This document shows, one piece after another, positions 1 through 11,700 of a DNA stretch of 64,000 bases. The DNA lies in contig NW_025767577.1 in NCBI RefSeq assembly GCF_003918875.1, forward strand, positions 310,001-374,000, written 5' to 3'. The notes beneath the pieces were generated by a model. It saw nothing but the letters and a program-made list of their open reading frames with translations. It was not told where the DNA came from and ran no database searches. The stretch comes from Haliotis rubra (taxonomy: Eukaryota). Within the stretch, counting starts at the first letter, position 1. Every line of letters starts with the position of its first letter. A program made the translations under genes and the position numbers.

Positions 1-227
1 CGTGAAGGATCCGGGGTAGAATAGGTCTTCATTCAGCGACTAACGGGATCGGGTGGTCAGGCTCGCTGACTTGGTTGACACATGTCATCAGTTCCCAATT
101 GCGCAGATCGATGCTCATGCTGTTGATCACTGGATTGTCTGGTCCAGACTTGATTATTTACAGACCGCCGCCATATTGCTGGAATATTGCTGAGTGCGGC
201 GTAAAACTAAACTCACTCACTCACTCA
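1..227 (+). mobile_element. SINE family B (MetaSINE-like core), copy
   Basis: Body 'gcgactaacgggatcgggtggtcaggctcgctgacttgg...gctggaatattgctgagtgcggcgtaaaac' with an (actc)n tail; about 11 copies in the window. Confidence 0.8.
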
Positions 228-357
228 CAAAGGACAAAAATATACCCAAAATGTTTTGATTGCGGAAATAAAATAAAACATTCATGAATCTTCTGATTCG
301 ACTATTGTAAATCGTGACTCCATTGTCCATACTCCAAGTATAGCCATGAGAATAGTA

Positions 358-526
358 CTGACTGACTGACTGAGATTGGTTTTACGCCGCTTTTAGCAAT
401 ATTCCAGCAACATCACGGCGGGGGACACCAGAAATGGGCTTCACACATTGTGCCCATGAGGGGAATCGAACCGGGGTCTTCGGCGTGACGAGCCAACGCT
501 TTAACCACTAGGCTACCCCACCGCCC
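358..526 (-). mobile_element. SINE family A (tRNA-derived, about 170 bp) with 14-bp TSD
   Basis: tRNA-like head with A and B boxes, (cagt)n tail, TSD ccatgagaatagta at 344-357 and 527-540. Confidence 0.9.
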
Positions 527-1397
527 CCATGAGAATAGTAACAATTACACCCAAAACAGATAGTGCCTCAATTATTATAATGGCACTTGAAGTTGTTAAA
601 GAATGTTTCCATTATTCATATTAATATTTTATTTAGCTTTCAAAAAACGTAAAAGGATTCAACCAATAAATCACAACAATTAAAAAAAAAACGAGTACAA
701 ACTATCTTTTACTGACTTTTCTACGATAGCAAAGTAAAGCTTTGAGAATAACAACAATTACACCAAAACAGTCTCTCTCTTCATATCAGTATTGTATTTA
801 GTTTTCAAAAACGCAAAAGGACTTTACCAATACATCACCAATCAACAATTTAAATTAAAATACGACCTCAAACATTAATTTAATATATGAATGTGCCGAA
901 CTCTCATTTCAACGGGGTGTTATCGTGTAACATTAACTGTCATCAGGACAATATGGAACTGATCGTAACATCGCCTGATTCTGTGAATTCAGATGGTTGA
1001 ATTAACGATTACCGTTGATTCCAACATAAAATGAATGAAGCGGTTGTTTCGATTTAAAACAAATTGTGTTTGGTATATTCCTCTATCATTTTGCATACTA
1101 TCATTAGTGCATCACTTTCACCAGTAGAAATGACGTTCGGAATGGCCAGTGACTTCACTGCTCCAAAATCTACCGTAACATTAATAACGAGAAATCGATG
1201 CTCATGCTGTTGATCACTGGATCGTCTGACCCCGACTCGATTATTTTCCTCCTATCATTGTAATCGTCAGTGACCCAGCCTATCCTATCTGAAAATTACT
1301 TTATCAGAATTACCTGTTTTAGATCAATTTCATTTGATCAGACGCCATCAAACGGCATCAAAGGGCTGCTGTCCTCTATACTATACTCAAAGAACTT

Positions 1398-4300
1398 CTT
1401 TTTTTTTTTTTTTTTATTAGCACAGGGAAAGATGTTACATATCTGATACATAAGTACATATATATAACGAGATGGTACACTGCTACTATGTGAATACAAA
1501 TAAAGGAGTATATTTTCTGACTTTTCTCATAGCGATGAAGATCTTATCCACGGATGTGAAAGTAACATCCTCGGAAATGTACAGCATTTGCTTTACATAC
1601 TATATTGAAAAAATAGGGCAGATAGATGATAAGTACTAGAAGTGAAAGTGTGGAAATAGGGAGAGGAAGATAGGAGAGGGGGAAAGAGTAGATGAGAATG
1701 GAGGGAAAAAGACGGGGGAGGGGGCGTGTTGGTGGCTGCGTGTTTACGCTGGAAGTGTTGGCATCAATGTTGACCATTTATTTTTTAGTGTGGTATTGGC
1801 AGGGCCGTAAATATATTTTTCAATATTATAAATATGCTTGATATTTGTTATCAAACCATGGAAATACAAATTTGTTTCTTTATGTTTACAAGTATAAATA
1901 TACATGTTGAGAATGTTATACCAATGGTTTAACAGAAGGCTTTGATTGGGGTCTCCAAGTAAGATAATTGATTTCGATATTTTTAATTTCGTCTTGGTTG
2001 TTTCTTCAAACCATATTCGAATCTGTCTCATCAGATTTTGAGATTTCCTGCAATCATAGAAAAGATGTTCGAGTGTTTCTGGTTCCTCAGTGCAGAAAAA
2101 GCAGTGACTGCTGTCAGATATCCCTATATGCTGAAGGAAGGTTTGTGTTGTTAAAATGCGATGAAGAATTTTGTACTGAAAATTTCTTGTCTTATTATCA
2201 AGGCAACAGTAAGTGTTGTTGATAATAGAAAAACACTTTGACATAAAGTCTGTTGAGATTTGCATGTCTAGTTTGGATTCCCATTTATTTGTAATTTTGT
2301 CTAATTCGGCTCTAACCTTATCACATAATGTTTGGTAGATGAACTTACTGTCTCTTGACGATATTAACCGTTTCAGCATGTCACTTGTGCTTTCTTTATC
2401 AATTATATATGTAAGGTCATTTTTCAACTTGTTTGTAAATTCCTTTGGAAGAGCTTTTAGTAATTTGAAATTACGCAAATATGTTTCAGTAAGTTTATAC
2501 TTTTCTTTAAAGCGTGTTGAAATCAATTAGGACTCCTGCATCTGTGTAAAGGTCATACATGTTTTCCAGGCCACTGTCATGCCATTTAAGGAACTCTTTA
2601 AAATCATGTAGTTTTATAAAATTTAAAATGGGAAGTTTCACGAATTCATTGATGGTTGTTAGTTTTTCATTTGCTATATGGCTGTAGCTGAAAATGACAT
2701 TTTGCCAACATTTATTTTTCAATACTTTACTGTACTAATATTGTAATTGTTTTTTTGGGAAGTTGAAGATTGTTGTGTTTCCATATGGGCGAAGAATTTA
2801 ATTCACTAAAGATTGCCATGGGCCTTCCGATGATAAGAATCGTTTGGTCCAAATTATTGTCATATATTTATCAAACATTTCCACGTTCACCATTTTCGTC
2901 CACCGTTTTCGTATTCGTTTATAACCATTGTTCTCTTTATTTTATCCCATTTACCAGACCATACAAATTGATAGAACAGAGAGTTTAGTCTTTTGAAGGA
3001 TTCTTTGTCTGGACTTGGAAGAGAACTGAAGAGATGTGTGAATAGTGGTAATATTTGTGATTTAAGAATAGTGATTTTGCCTCTAAGAGTGAGACATCTC
3101 TTTGCCCATGAGAAAATAGCTTTTCTTGCTTTTTAAATTTTGTATAGTCAAGTTCATCGCAGTCATCGCAGTTAGATTGTGCATCAAAAATATTACCTAA
3201 AATCTTGAAAGATTCTTTCGACCACAGCATAGGGATATGTGGGCAGAGTTGTTCATTGCTATGTTTCTTATATCCTATCCATATTGCTCTAGTTTTATCA
3301 CAATATATTTTTAATCCTGAGCATTAAATAAAATCTCGACTAAAGATTTAAAAAAGCCGGGAGTATCGGTATTTGGACCGTAGATATTTGTAATAGAAAA
3401 TCGAATGTTTTCAACTGTCATATCAAGTATTATATATCGACCGTTTTCATCACTTTGATATCATACTCAAAATTATTTGTTATAAGTACCGCAACGCCCG
3501 AGCTATTACTTATTCCATGCGCGAAATAGCAACGATAGCCCCATTCTGCTGTCCATTCAAGTTCATTAATTTTACTGCTGTGAGTTTCTTGGAGAAAAGC
3601 AATTGAACATCGTTTAGATTTGAGGAAATTGAATATATCTCTTCGCTTGTTTGTATCTGATTGGAAGCCTCTAGCATTCATTAACGGAATAATAAAATTA
3701 TCCATTGTCATACATTGTTTCATTTATCTGCAGTTATCATGTGTGCGGGCTGAATTTGAGAAGTCACGCAGCACACAGACGCCCAGTAGATGTGTGAGAG
3801 AGAAAGAAAAGAAGGAAGCTGGGAGCAAATGAGAAATGAGATGAGATAAAAATATAATGGTTACCTGAAAGCCACCCAATTGCATCACATAAGGGGCCAA
3901 GAGGGAGAGTATACAAACGAAAGATAAGTATACATTATACAACTTAACATATGGATTAAGACTTAACATATATAAGTCACCATATTGCTATGTAGAACAG
4001 AAAAGCGTTTCAGCATAAATTAACAGAGAAGAAGAGTTGTGTTGTATTAATTAGGCAGTCATTCATGATAAAGGGAAGTAATTCGTAAGCAAGTGATTGG
4101 GGGATTTTATGGTGCTTCCTATCGCCTCAAAGTTGAGGTGACACTGAGTATTTTATGGGCAAAAAGTCACACAATCATTAAGTCTTAACACATATCCTTA
4201 ACACATCGTGTTTATCATTCAATAGGAAATATCCACACCCTTATTGGTGATCCATATGTGTCTCACAGTATGTGAAAGTCCTTTTTCACAAGGCAACTTT

Positions 4301-5858
4301 CACACCTGCATACCCGTGCTCAGTCAAGCAGGGGCACCCAGGTACGACAACGTTATTGAGTATTCATACAAGATTCCAGCATTATTACCGCATTATGTCT
4401 GCACACAGATAGCGTGGCTTGGGAATCCATGTGTCTAATGTGGATTCTATGTATAGACAGACGGTTTGAAATAGCGCTGACTTCTGGCTTTAAACCTGTT
4501 TCTGTAAGTCAGCCTGTTGATACGTAGGGCGGAGAACAAACAATTCATCATGAATTAATATACAGAAAAGAAGATTCGTGTTGTATTGATATGGCAGTTA
4601 TTCATGATAAAGGGAAATAATTCGTAAGCAAGTACTTAGGGGATTTTATGGTCCTTCCTGTCACCTCAACTATATTTTTTTCTTGCATTAAAGTTCAATT
4701 GTTCATTTGTAAATTTGCACAGTATCTAATTGCTTGTTTTAGAACAACTTTTAAAATAAACGGAGAACTTGAGGAGGTTCCGGTTCAAACAAAGTTTTCT
4801 CGTGCGCAAGGTCTAGTGTTTGATGACTGACTCCACTGAAACGTTGGGGTGGAACTTGAACTTTCTTCCTTCTATCGTCATACCGTACACTCTGCCGTTA
4901 AAGTACCAGACATTTTCTATTTAGCTGTGTTTCTTCAGTCGGTTGATTAACATGACGTTGGCTCTTGTGACATCATCTGCCAAGCGGATGAATTTATTAT
5001 CCTCTAGAGACTGTCTTGCTTTCAGCAGGGTGAGTTAAGCATCCAGTGTTTTCAGTTTGACTAAAACTGGCTTGGTTTGTTAGCTTGGTCGGTTCTGTGA
5101 ATAGCCACAATATCACTTCTCTTTATTGTAACTCCACCCTTATCTTTCATAGTTTCGCAGAAGAGCTCCATGAGGTTCTCATCTGTCTCGGTCGGCATGT
5201 CGAACACTTTAATGTTTAATTTCCGTGAATACTGTTCGTTCTGATTGGTTAACTTAAATGCCGCATCTGCTTGGGAGGCCAGATTGCTCAATTTAGACTC
5301 AAAATCGGCAATTTTTAAAGATTTGGCCTCAACAAGTTTATAAAGTTCATCATACACTAATTTAGGAGTGTGGATTTCGCTCTGCATTTTGTCAATATTG
5401 AGCTCAGCGGAGATTTCTGCCTTCAAACTCATTTTAAGCTCTTTCATAGCCTCAGATATTGAAGCAACAATTAACTCTTTCAGTTCTGTTCTCAAAGTGC
5501 CTGGTAGTTCGGCAAGTGTTTTGTTGAACATGAGCGATATCGTTTGTTAATTCCGTCAAATAATTCTTTTTAGAGCCCATGTTTCGTGTTGTAGCGGAAT
5601 CACTCGTATAATATAACTTGTCTGGTACGTTGCCCTTTGACCTCAAAGTTGATTACAGGTGACACTGAGTTTTCTATGGGCAATAAGTCACAAAATATTC
5701 AAGCTTTAACACATATCCTTAACACAGCGTATTTATCATTCAATAGGAAATGTCCATACCCTTATTGGTGATCCATATGTGTCTCAGAGTCTCAGTTTGT
5801 GAAATTGATTTCTCGGAGCGAATTTCACACCTGCATTTCCGTGCTCAGCCAAGGGAGG
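1398..5858 (-). mobile_element. Degenerate L1/Tx1-type LINE (ORF1, APE endonuclease, ORF2 C-terminus, poly-A); RT core deleted
   Basis: ORF1-like coiled coil plus NEQYSRKLNI (5531-4800); endonuclease NARG...FLQETH...SSGVAVLI...NIYGPN (3723-3350); RT-end SGLKI.DKT.AIWIG (about 3320); zf-RVT FQYKILHRILTT...CFFC.EEPETLEHLFYDC (2526-1744); poly-T on + at about 1398-1416. Confidence 0.9.
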
Positions 5859-5859
5859 C

Positions 5860-6091
5860 AACTGACATATTTCTCGATTGAATGAGCCCCGATCTTAACC
5901 CTTTGGAGCATATCTGGGACGTGACTGGTAGTCGTGGATACTCCTGTGTACAGAACCTGGCCAAATTGGAAGCTGCTTTACGCAGGAAATGGCGTAGACT
6001 GCCCCTTCAGAGGATCAGGAAGCTGACAAGGGGTATGGAGAGGAGAGTGCTGGCTGTCATACAGTCACATGGAGATTACACTCGGTATTGA
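5860..6091 (+). mobile_element. Tc1/mariner transposase C-terminal remnant
   Basis: SPDLNPLEHIW motif and C-terminal ...GDYTRY. Confidence 0.85.
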
Positions 6092-6745
6092 CCTTGAATC
6101 ATGTAAGACACGTAAAATGAATGTTCACATTCACCAATTAAATCAACATTAAACATTCCTGGCCCATAGTTGTACAGACATGGTTTGTATGAAGATCAGT
6201 GTTTTTCAAATGAGCAATTATCATAATAAATCAACATGGATTCCAATAATTTTGTCCTACGGGTCAGAAAATGTCTTGTTTTTCCACCGTGGTCACCACG
6301 AGAGGTTTTATGTATGTGTTGAAAACTGTCTCATGGACAAAAATATTTTTAAAAAATGTACATTTATGGGAGAAATGAGAATCTAATGAAGGAATATCCG
6401 GTTAAACATACAATTTACGTCAACAAAATATACTTCCAAATACATAACATCTGTAAATAAAGTAACATGGATACACGAGTAAACATAAACAAAGAAAATA
6501 AACAAGACTGACTAAAAGCAATATAGAAATTATAACGAAAGCGTTTTAGAGCCACGGACTAATCACAATTTAACAGCTACGTAGATAATACAAATATGAT
6601 GCTTACAATTACGTAGAAGATACTTTCACCTTCGTAGAAGATACTTTCATCATAATATTAGTATGGCGCTAACATTTACATGAAGATACTTTCATCTGCG
6701 AAATTAAACTTCTTTGCTTCTACGAAATTAATACTTTACGAACCT

Positions 6746-6864
6746 GGGCCCTTATTCTCGAAACGTTCGTAGCCCTAAGAATTCTTAACTTTGATCGTAG
6801 CATATGTGTTAAGAATGGGCTTAAGAAGTTCGTAGGGCTACGAACGTTTCCAGAATAGCTAGCC
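6746..6864 (+). mobile_element. Palindromic PIF/Harbinger-like MITE
   Basis: Self-complementary arms tattctcgaaacgttcgtagccct...agggctacgaacgtttccagaata, flanked by CTG; further copies at 7663-7781 (inverted) and 19521-19635. Confidence 0.7.
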
Positions 6865-6865
6865 T

Positions 6866-7270
6866 GATACTTTACTTCTACGAAGATGATACTTTACTTC
6901 TACAAAGATGATACTTTATTTCTACGAAGATGATGCTATACTTCTACGAAGATGATACTTTACGAAGATGATACTTTACTTCTAGGAAGAATTTCCTTTA
7001 CTTCTACAAAGATGATACTTTATTTCTACAAAGATGATACTTTACTTCTACGAAGATGATACTTTATTTCTATGAAGATGATACTTTACTTCTACGAAGA
7101 TTCTACTTTATTTCTACAAAGATGATACTTTACTTCTACGAAGATGATACTTTACTTCTACAAAGATGATACTTTATTTCTACAAAGATGATACTTTACT
7201 TCTACGAAGATGGCACTTTACTTCTACAAAGATTTTACTTTATTTCTACGAAGATGATACTTTACTTCTT
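6866..7270. repeat. Minisatellite, about 21-22-bp unit (tactttacttctacgaagatga)
   Basis: Direct tandem repeats. Confidence 0.9.
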
Positions 7271-7662
7271 TACTTAACGTCTCACAACGATAGTTTCAGC
7301 CATTTGGCATTCTGGTTTTGTAAATAATGAATGATGTGTTTGACTTCAACCGTGATGTGTAAATACTGAGGTACTATCAAAGCACTCAGTATAGTAACTC
7401 TTCATTTGAATGCGTAGTTCTAAAGCTTGTTAGGGTGAAAATGTTAGTGCGCAGGGTGAGGATGGTGAGTTGCAGAAATTGTCTAGTAAGACTATTTCTG
7501 TTGAGGTTAGCAAGGTTCCAGTCTGTTATTACTTCAAGGTACAAACTTGAATACTTTCAAATAGCTACAGTTATGAATATAGTAAAACCGCCTAATGAAT
7601 ATGTATGACTAACATGCTCCCAAACATAACTTATATAGTTAAATAAACTATATTAAACGCTT

Positions 7663-7781
7663 GGCTAGCTATTCTCGAAATGTTCGTAGCCCTACGAACT
7701 TCTTAAGCCCATTCTTAACACATTGGCTACGATCAAAGTTACGAATTCTTAGGGCTATGAACGTTTCGAGAATAAGGGCCT
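7663..7781 (-). mobile_element. Same MITE family, inverted copy
   Basis: Reverse complement of 6746-6864. Confidence 0.7.
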
Positions 7782-7803
7782 TGGATCGGAACTTTATAAT
7801 GTA

Positions 7804-7972
7804 CTGACTGACTGAGTGAGTTTAGTTTTACGCCGCTTTTAGCAATATTCCAGCAATATCACGGCGGGGGACACCAGAAATTGGCTTCAAATATTATGCC
7901 CATGTGGGAATCGAACCGGGTCTTCGGCGTGACGAGCCAACGCTTTAACCACTAGGCTACCCCGCCGCCCCT
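7804..7972 (-). mobile_element. SINE family A with 12-bp TSD
   Basis: TSD ctttataatgta at 7792-7803 and 7973-7984. Confidence 0.9.
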
Positions 7973-8498
7973 CTTTATAATGTAACGATAGGTACGATTA
8001 TAATATCATATATTGAGATGAAAGTATCTTCTAGATAGATGTTATTATCTTCCCGTAGATGAACATTCATTGTATCTTCTGGGACTGTGGCTCCAATACG
8101 CTTCCATGAATTGTATCTCGTATAGTTATATCAGTTTTATTCCCGTGACATCAATATGGCTTCATATCGACTGACTTCTTGACTACAAAAATGCGTGTTC
8201 AAGGAGAATGTTTCTGATGGTAAAATATCTCGTGACATGGGGTTCCAGTGCAAATGAGATTGGTGTGGCTTTGGGAACGCTCCATCACTACTATTCATCT
8301 TTGTCCAATTTCAGTTTTCTTAATCCAGTTTGAAAATATTAGAGACATGATATCCGACTGAAGTTAAAAATGGAAGAAAGTGAATAGGCTTTCTTTCTTA
8401 TGAATTACAAGTCAAGAGTTTACAATAAGAACTTGGAACAAGTTAAGAAAGGCCGTGTTTGCTACCAACATGAATAGTCCGGGAAGTATTCCTAATTT

Positions 8499-8773
8499 TT
8501 AGCTTACTGTGGTGTGTTTTTCCTTTGGCGCTTCTTCGTCTTGTAATTGAGCGTCGTGCATCTTTTGCCGTCTTGATAAGAAGTACTCACCGACCCTTCT
8601 ACGATAGCGCACTAGAACTATGATAACGATAATAATCACACCCAGGACAGACAATCCGACTGCGAGGCCCGTAGTGTTGTCTGGATCTCCAGGGGACACG
8701 CTGTCCACCGTTGTTGGTGTTGGTGTTGTAGATGTCTCTGGTGCAGTATTTCCAGGGCTGGAGTTGGGTGTTT
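8499..8773 (-). CDS. Receptor exon 10: S/T/P stalk, TM helix, cytoplasmic tail
   Basis: Acceptor ttgtttcag; TM GLAVGLSVLGVIIIVIIVLV followed by stop-transfer RYRRR. Confidence 0.85.
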
Positions 8774-11700
8774 CTGAAACAAGGGAGGGTAATTAATTTC
8801 TTCTATTGTAATGAAGTAACCCGTGCTTGCCGTAAGAGGCGAGTAACGGGATTGGGTGGTCAGGCTCGCGTAGATCGATGCTCATGCTGTTGATCACTGG
8901 TTTGTCTGGTCCAGACTCGGTTATTTACAGACCGCCGCCATATAGCTGGAATATTGCTGAGTGCGGCGTAAAACTAAACTCACTCACTCTCTTGTAATGA
9001 AAACATCTTGCTCATACCCATTAAAGAATCGCCATAAGTGAGTAAGTGACTGAGTGAGTGAGTGACTTTATAGTTTTACGCTGCTTTTAGCAATATTCCT
9101 GCAATATCACGACGGGGGACAACAGAAATGGGCTTCACATATTATACCCATGTGGGGAATCAAACCCGGGTCTTAGACGTGACGAGCAAACACTTTAACC
9201 ACTAGGCTACCTCACCGCACCGACTCACCACGAAGAGTGGAGAGCATTTGTGGAAATAGAAAACAAGATTCAATTTAATACAAGACATTCTTTTTTTTTG
9301 GTTCTGTGTACTGAGTTAAATCACATAGCCTATTGTACAGTTCCTGTAGCATACTTGGCATAACAGAGTGAGTAGCTCCGAAGTTGGCGTGTAGAAACAA
9401 TGAATATGGAAGAAAGAGGAAAGAATACAGACCAACACTATTTCCAGGAACCCACCCACTGTGGCTTCCACAAAATTGAAAGTGCGACTACTGGTAATTT
9501 AGATGTCATACTATTGAATAGAATGTGTAATCACCGGCAGTAGCTGTTGATTGGGATCTTTCTGTTAGAGTTGATGTTATGGTAGCTGCTGCCTCTGCGG
9601 AAAGACAAAAAGAAATACACGCATTAATTTCCAAAGTAGCATGTTAATATTATAGATAGTATTAGAATTTGTTTACAATACTGACATTTTGGAAATATGA
9701 GCACCATTTCCATATAGAAATGAACCTTATAGTCAGCACCTAAGTGATGAACATTTCTCTTTAATGTATTACTTTCAAATTGAAGTAAACAGCTGGCTTG
9801 CATTTCGTCTTCTGGTCTTGTGACCTTCGTTTTCCTATCAATAAGACAAAACATGTTCAACGGTCTTCGGTGTGACGAGCGATCACTTGAACCACAAAGA
9901 CATCCCACAACCAACGAGAAACGAAGATCAGTTTCAGGGTCTCGATCCACAAAGCATTCGTAGCGCTATGACATTCGTAAGCATAGTTAAATATAGAATT
10001 ACGACAGATCGTACGTAACGTTACGACGCTCTGTGGATCGGGACCCTGGCGTCATAAGTCAGTGCAGAAATATAAGCACGTGTATAAAAATTGTACGAAC
10101 CACTCAGTCTGTTAACACCATCGCAGGCAATCGTCGTTGTGCTGTTGCCACACACGAGGCTAACGCCGACGTCCCCAAAACTATCAGTTGTGACGAGGAA
10201 GTATGATTGTAAGGATAAATCCATGATATCGTCCATTGTCTGGTTCTGTTGCAGCGTCTGGGTAATGGTCCCAGTAGTCAGGAGGACTCCAGCCTGTTGA
10301 GGACAGTAGAAGCTCCTGATGTCAACTACCAGAGTCAGGTCAGTTCCAGGTTCCAGAGAAGCTGTGTTCTTATCACTCGTGATGGTACACAGAGGTGGAC
10401 CTGGTTATAATATATACAGTGTACATGTATCCCAGCAATGTTATGCGAACGTAATGAATCTCACACCAAATACATAACATTAACAGCAATAAAAGTAACA
10501 CCTTCAAATACCTTTTGACAAGGTATTTCCAGTAAGATCAGCATTTATTCAGTCATGCATACATGCATATATATTTTAGAAACAGGCGTGAAACTGTCGA
10601 CAAAGTAAATTCTACATTACAAGTCAGTGTGTAGATTATGTCGTAGTAGCATTGTGTATAGCTGCTTCGGATACGCCCCTTTCCAGAAAAAATATCTGGT
10701 ATGATAATGAATGTGATCATTGAAAAAAAACAAAGGCGTAAACTTCCGAAAAGATAAGACCTTGAGATTTGCCCCTCAATCCCTGGAGAGTTATCACAAA
10801 ACTAGAAATAGATATAATACAACTTGAAAAGAGAAGGTTTTTTATGAAACAAAAAAGAAATCTTATAGTGCATAGTCTAATACAAAAATATCTCAACTTA
10901 AAAGGTAGAAAGTTCCACGAATTATTCGTGGATTTTGCAAAGCTTTTTGATTCTGTGCAGCGGAATAAACTATGGGGACTTCTGCAATCGCACGGTCTTA
11001 GTGGTAAAATGAATAAAATGTTCAAGAGTACATGTATATACGAAAATGTTAAAGTGTGTGTAAGGAATAAGCATGAAGTATCTGTTCATTTTTTAGTGAA
11101 CTAGTGTTAGACAAGGCTGTATTTTCGGCTCTTTCATTTTTATGTTTTTCATTAATAAATTGGCAATGCTAATATGTGACACTTGTACGAACCCAACTAC
11201 ATCCAGATACAATACAACTATTTCTACTACTCCTGCAGACGATGTTGTATTATTCCATAGTACTGTTAGCGGTTTACGGAAACAAATCAGTATAAATTTT
11301 GCGTAAACAGAGACAAAACCAAAATTATCGACTTGGAAAGGTGGAAAAATTCTAAATTTGAAAAATGGTATTACAACTACTCCAAACTGCTCTATAAGTA
11401 TATTTCTCTGATAGCCTTTCCTGGTCCAAACACACAAAACAAGCGCCAGTACAAGCCTTGAAAATCGTAATCGGTGTTTGTAAAAATATGAGATCTTTTG
11501 GTGAAATATCCTTTAACTCATTCTTTAAAATATTCGATATGAGGATAAGTCCAATACTTCTATATGGCTCTGAAATATGGGGATTACAACAATATGACAG
11601 TATTAAAAGTTATCATTTATATGCACCCAAAAAGCGTATTGGTGTAAAACCGAACACATGTAATATGATGGTTTACGGAGAAATAGGTAGAGTCCCCTTG

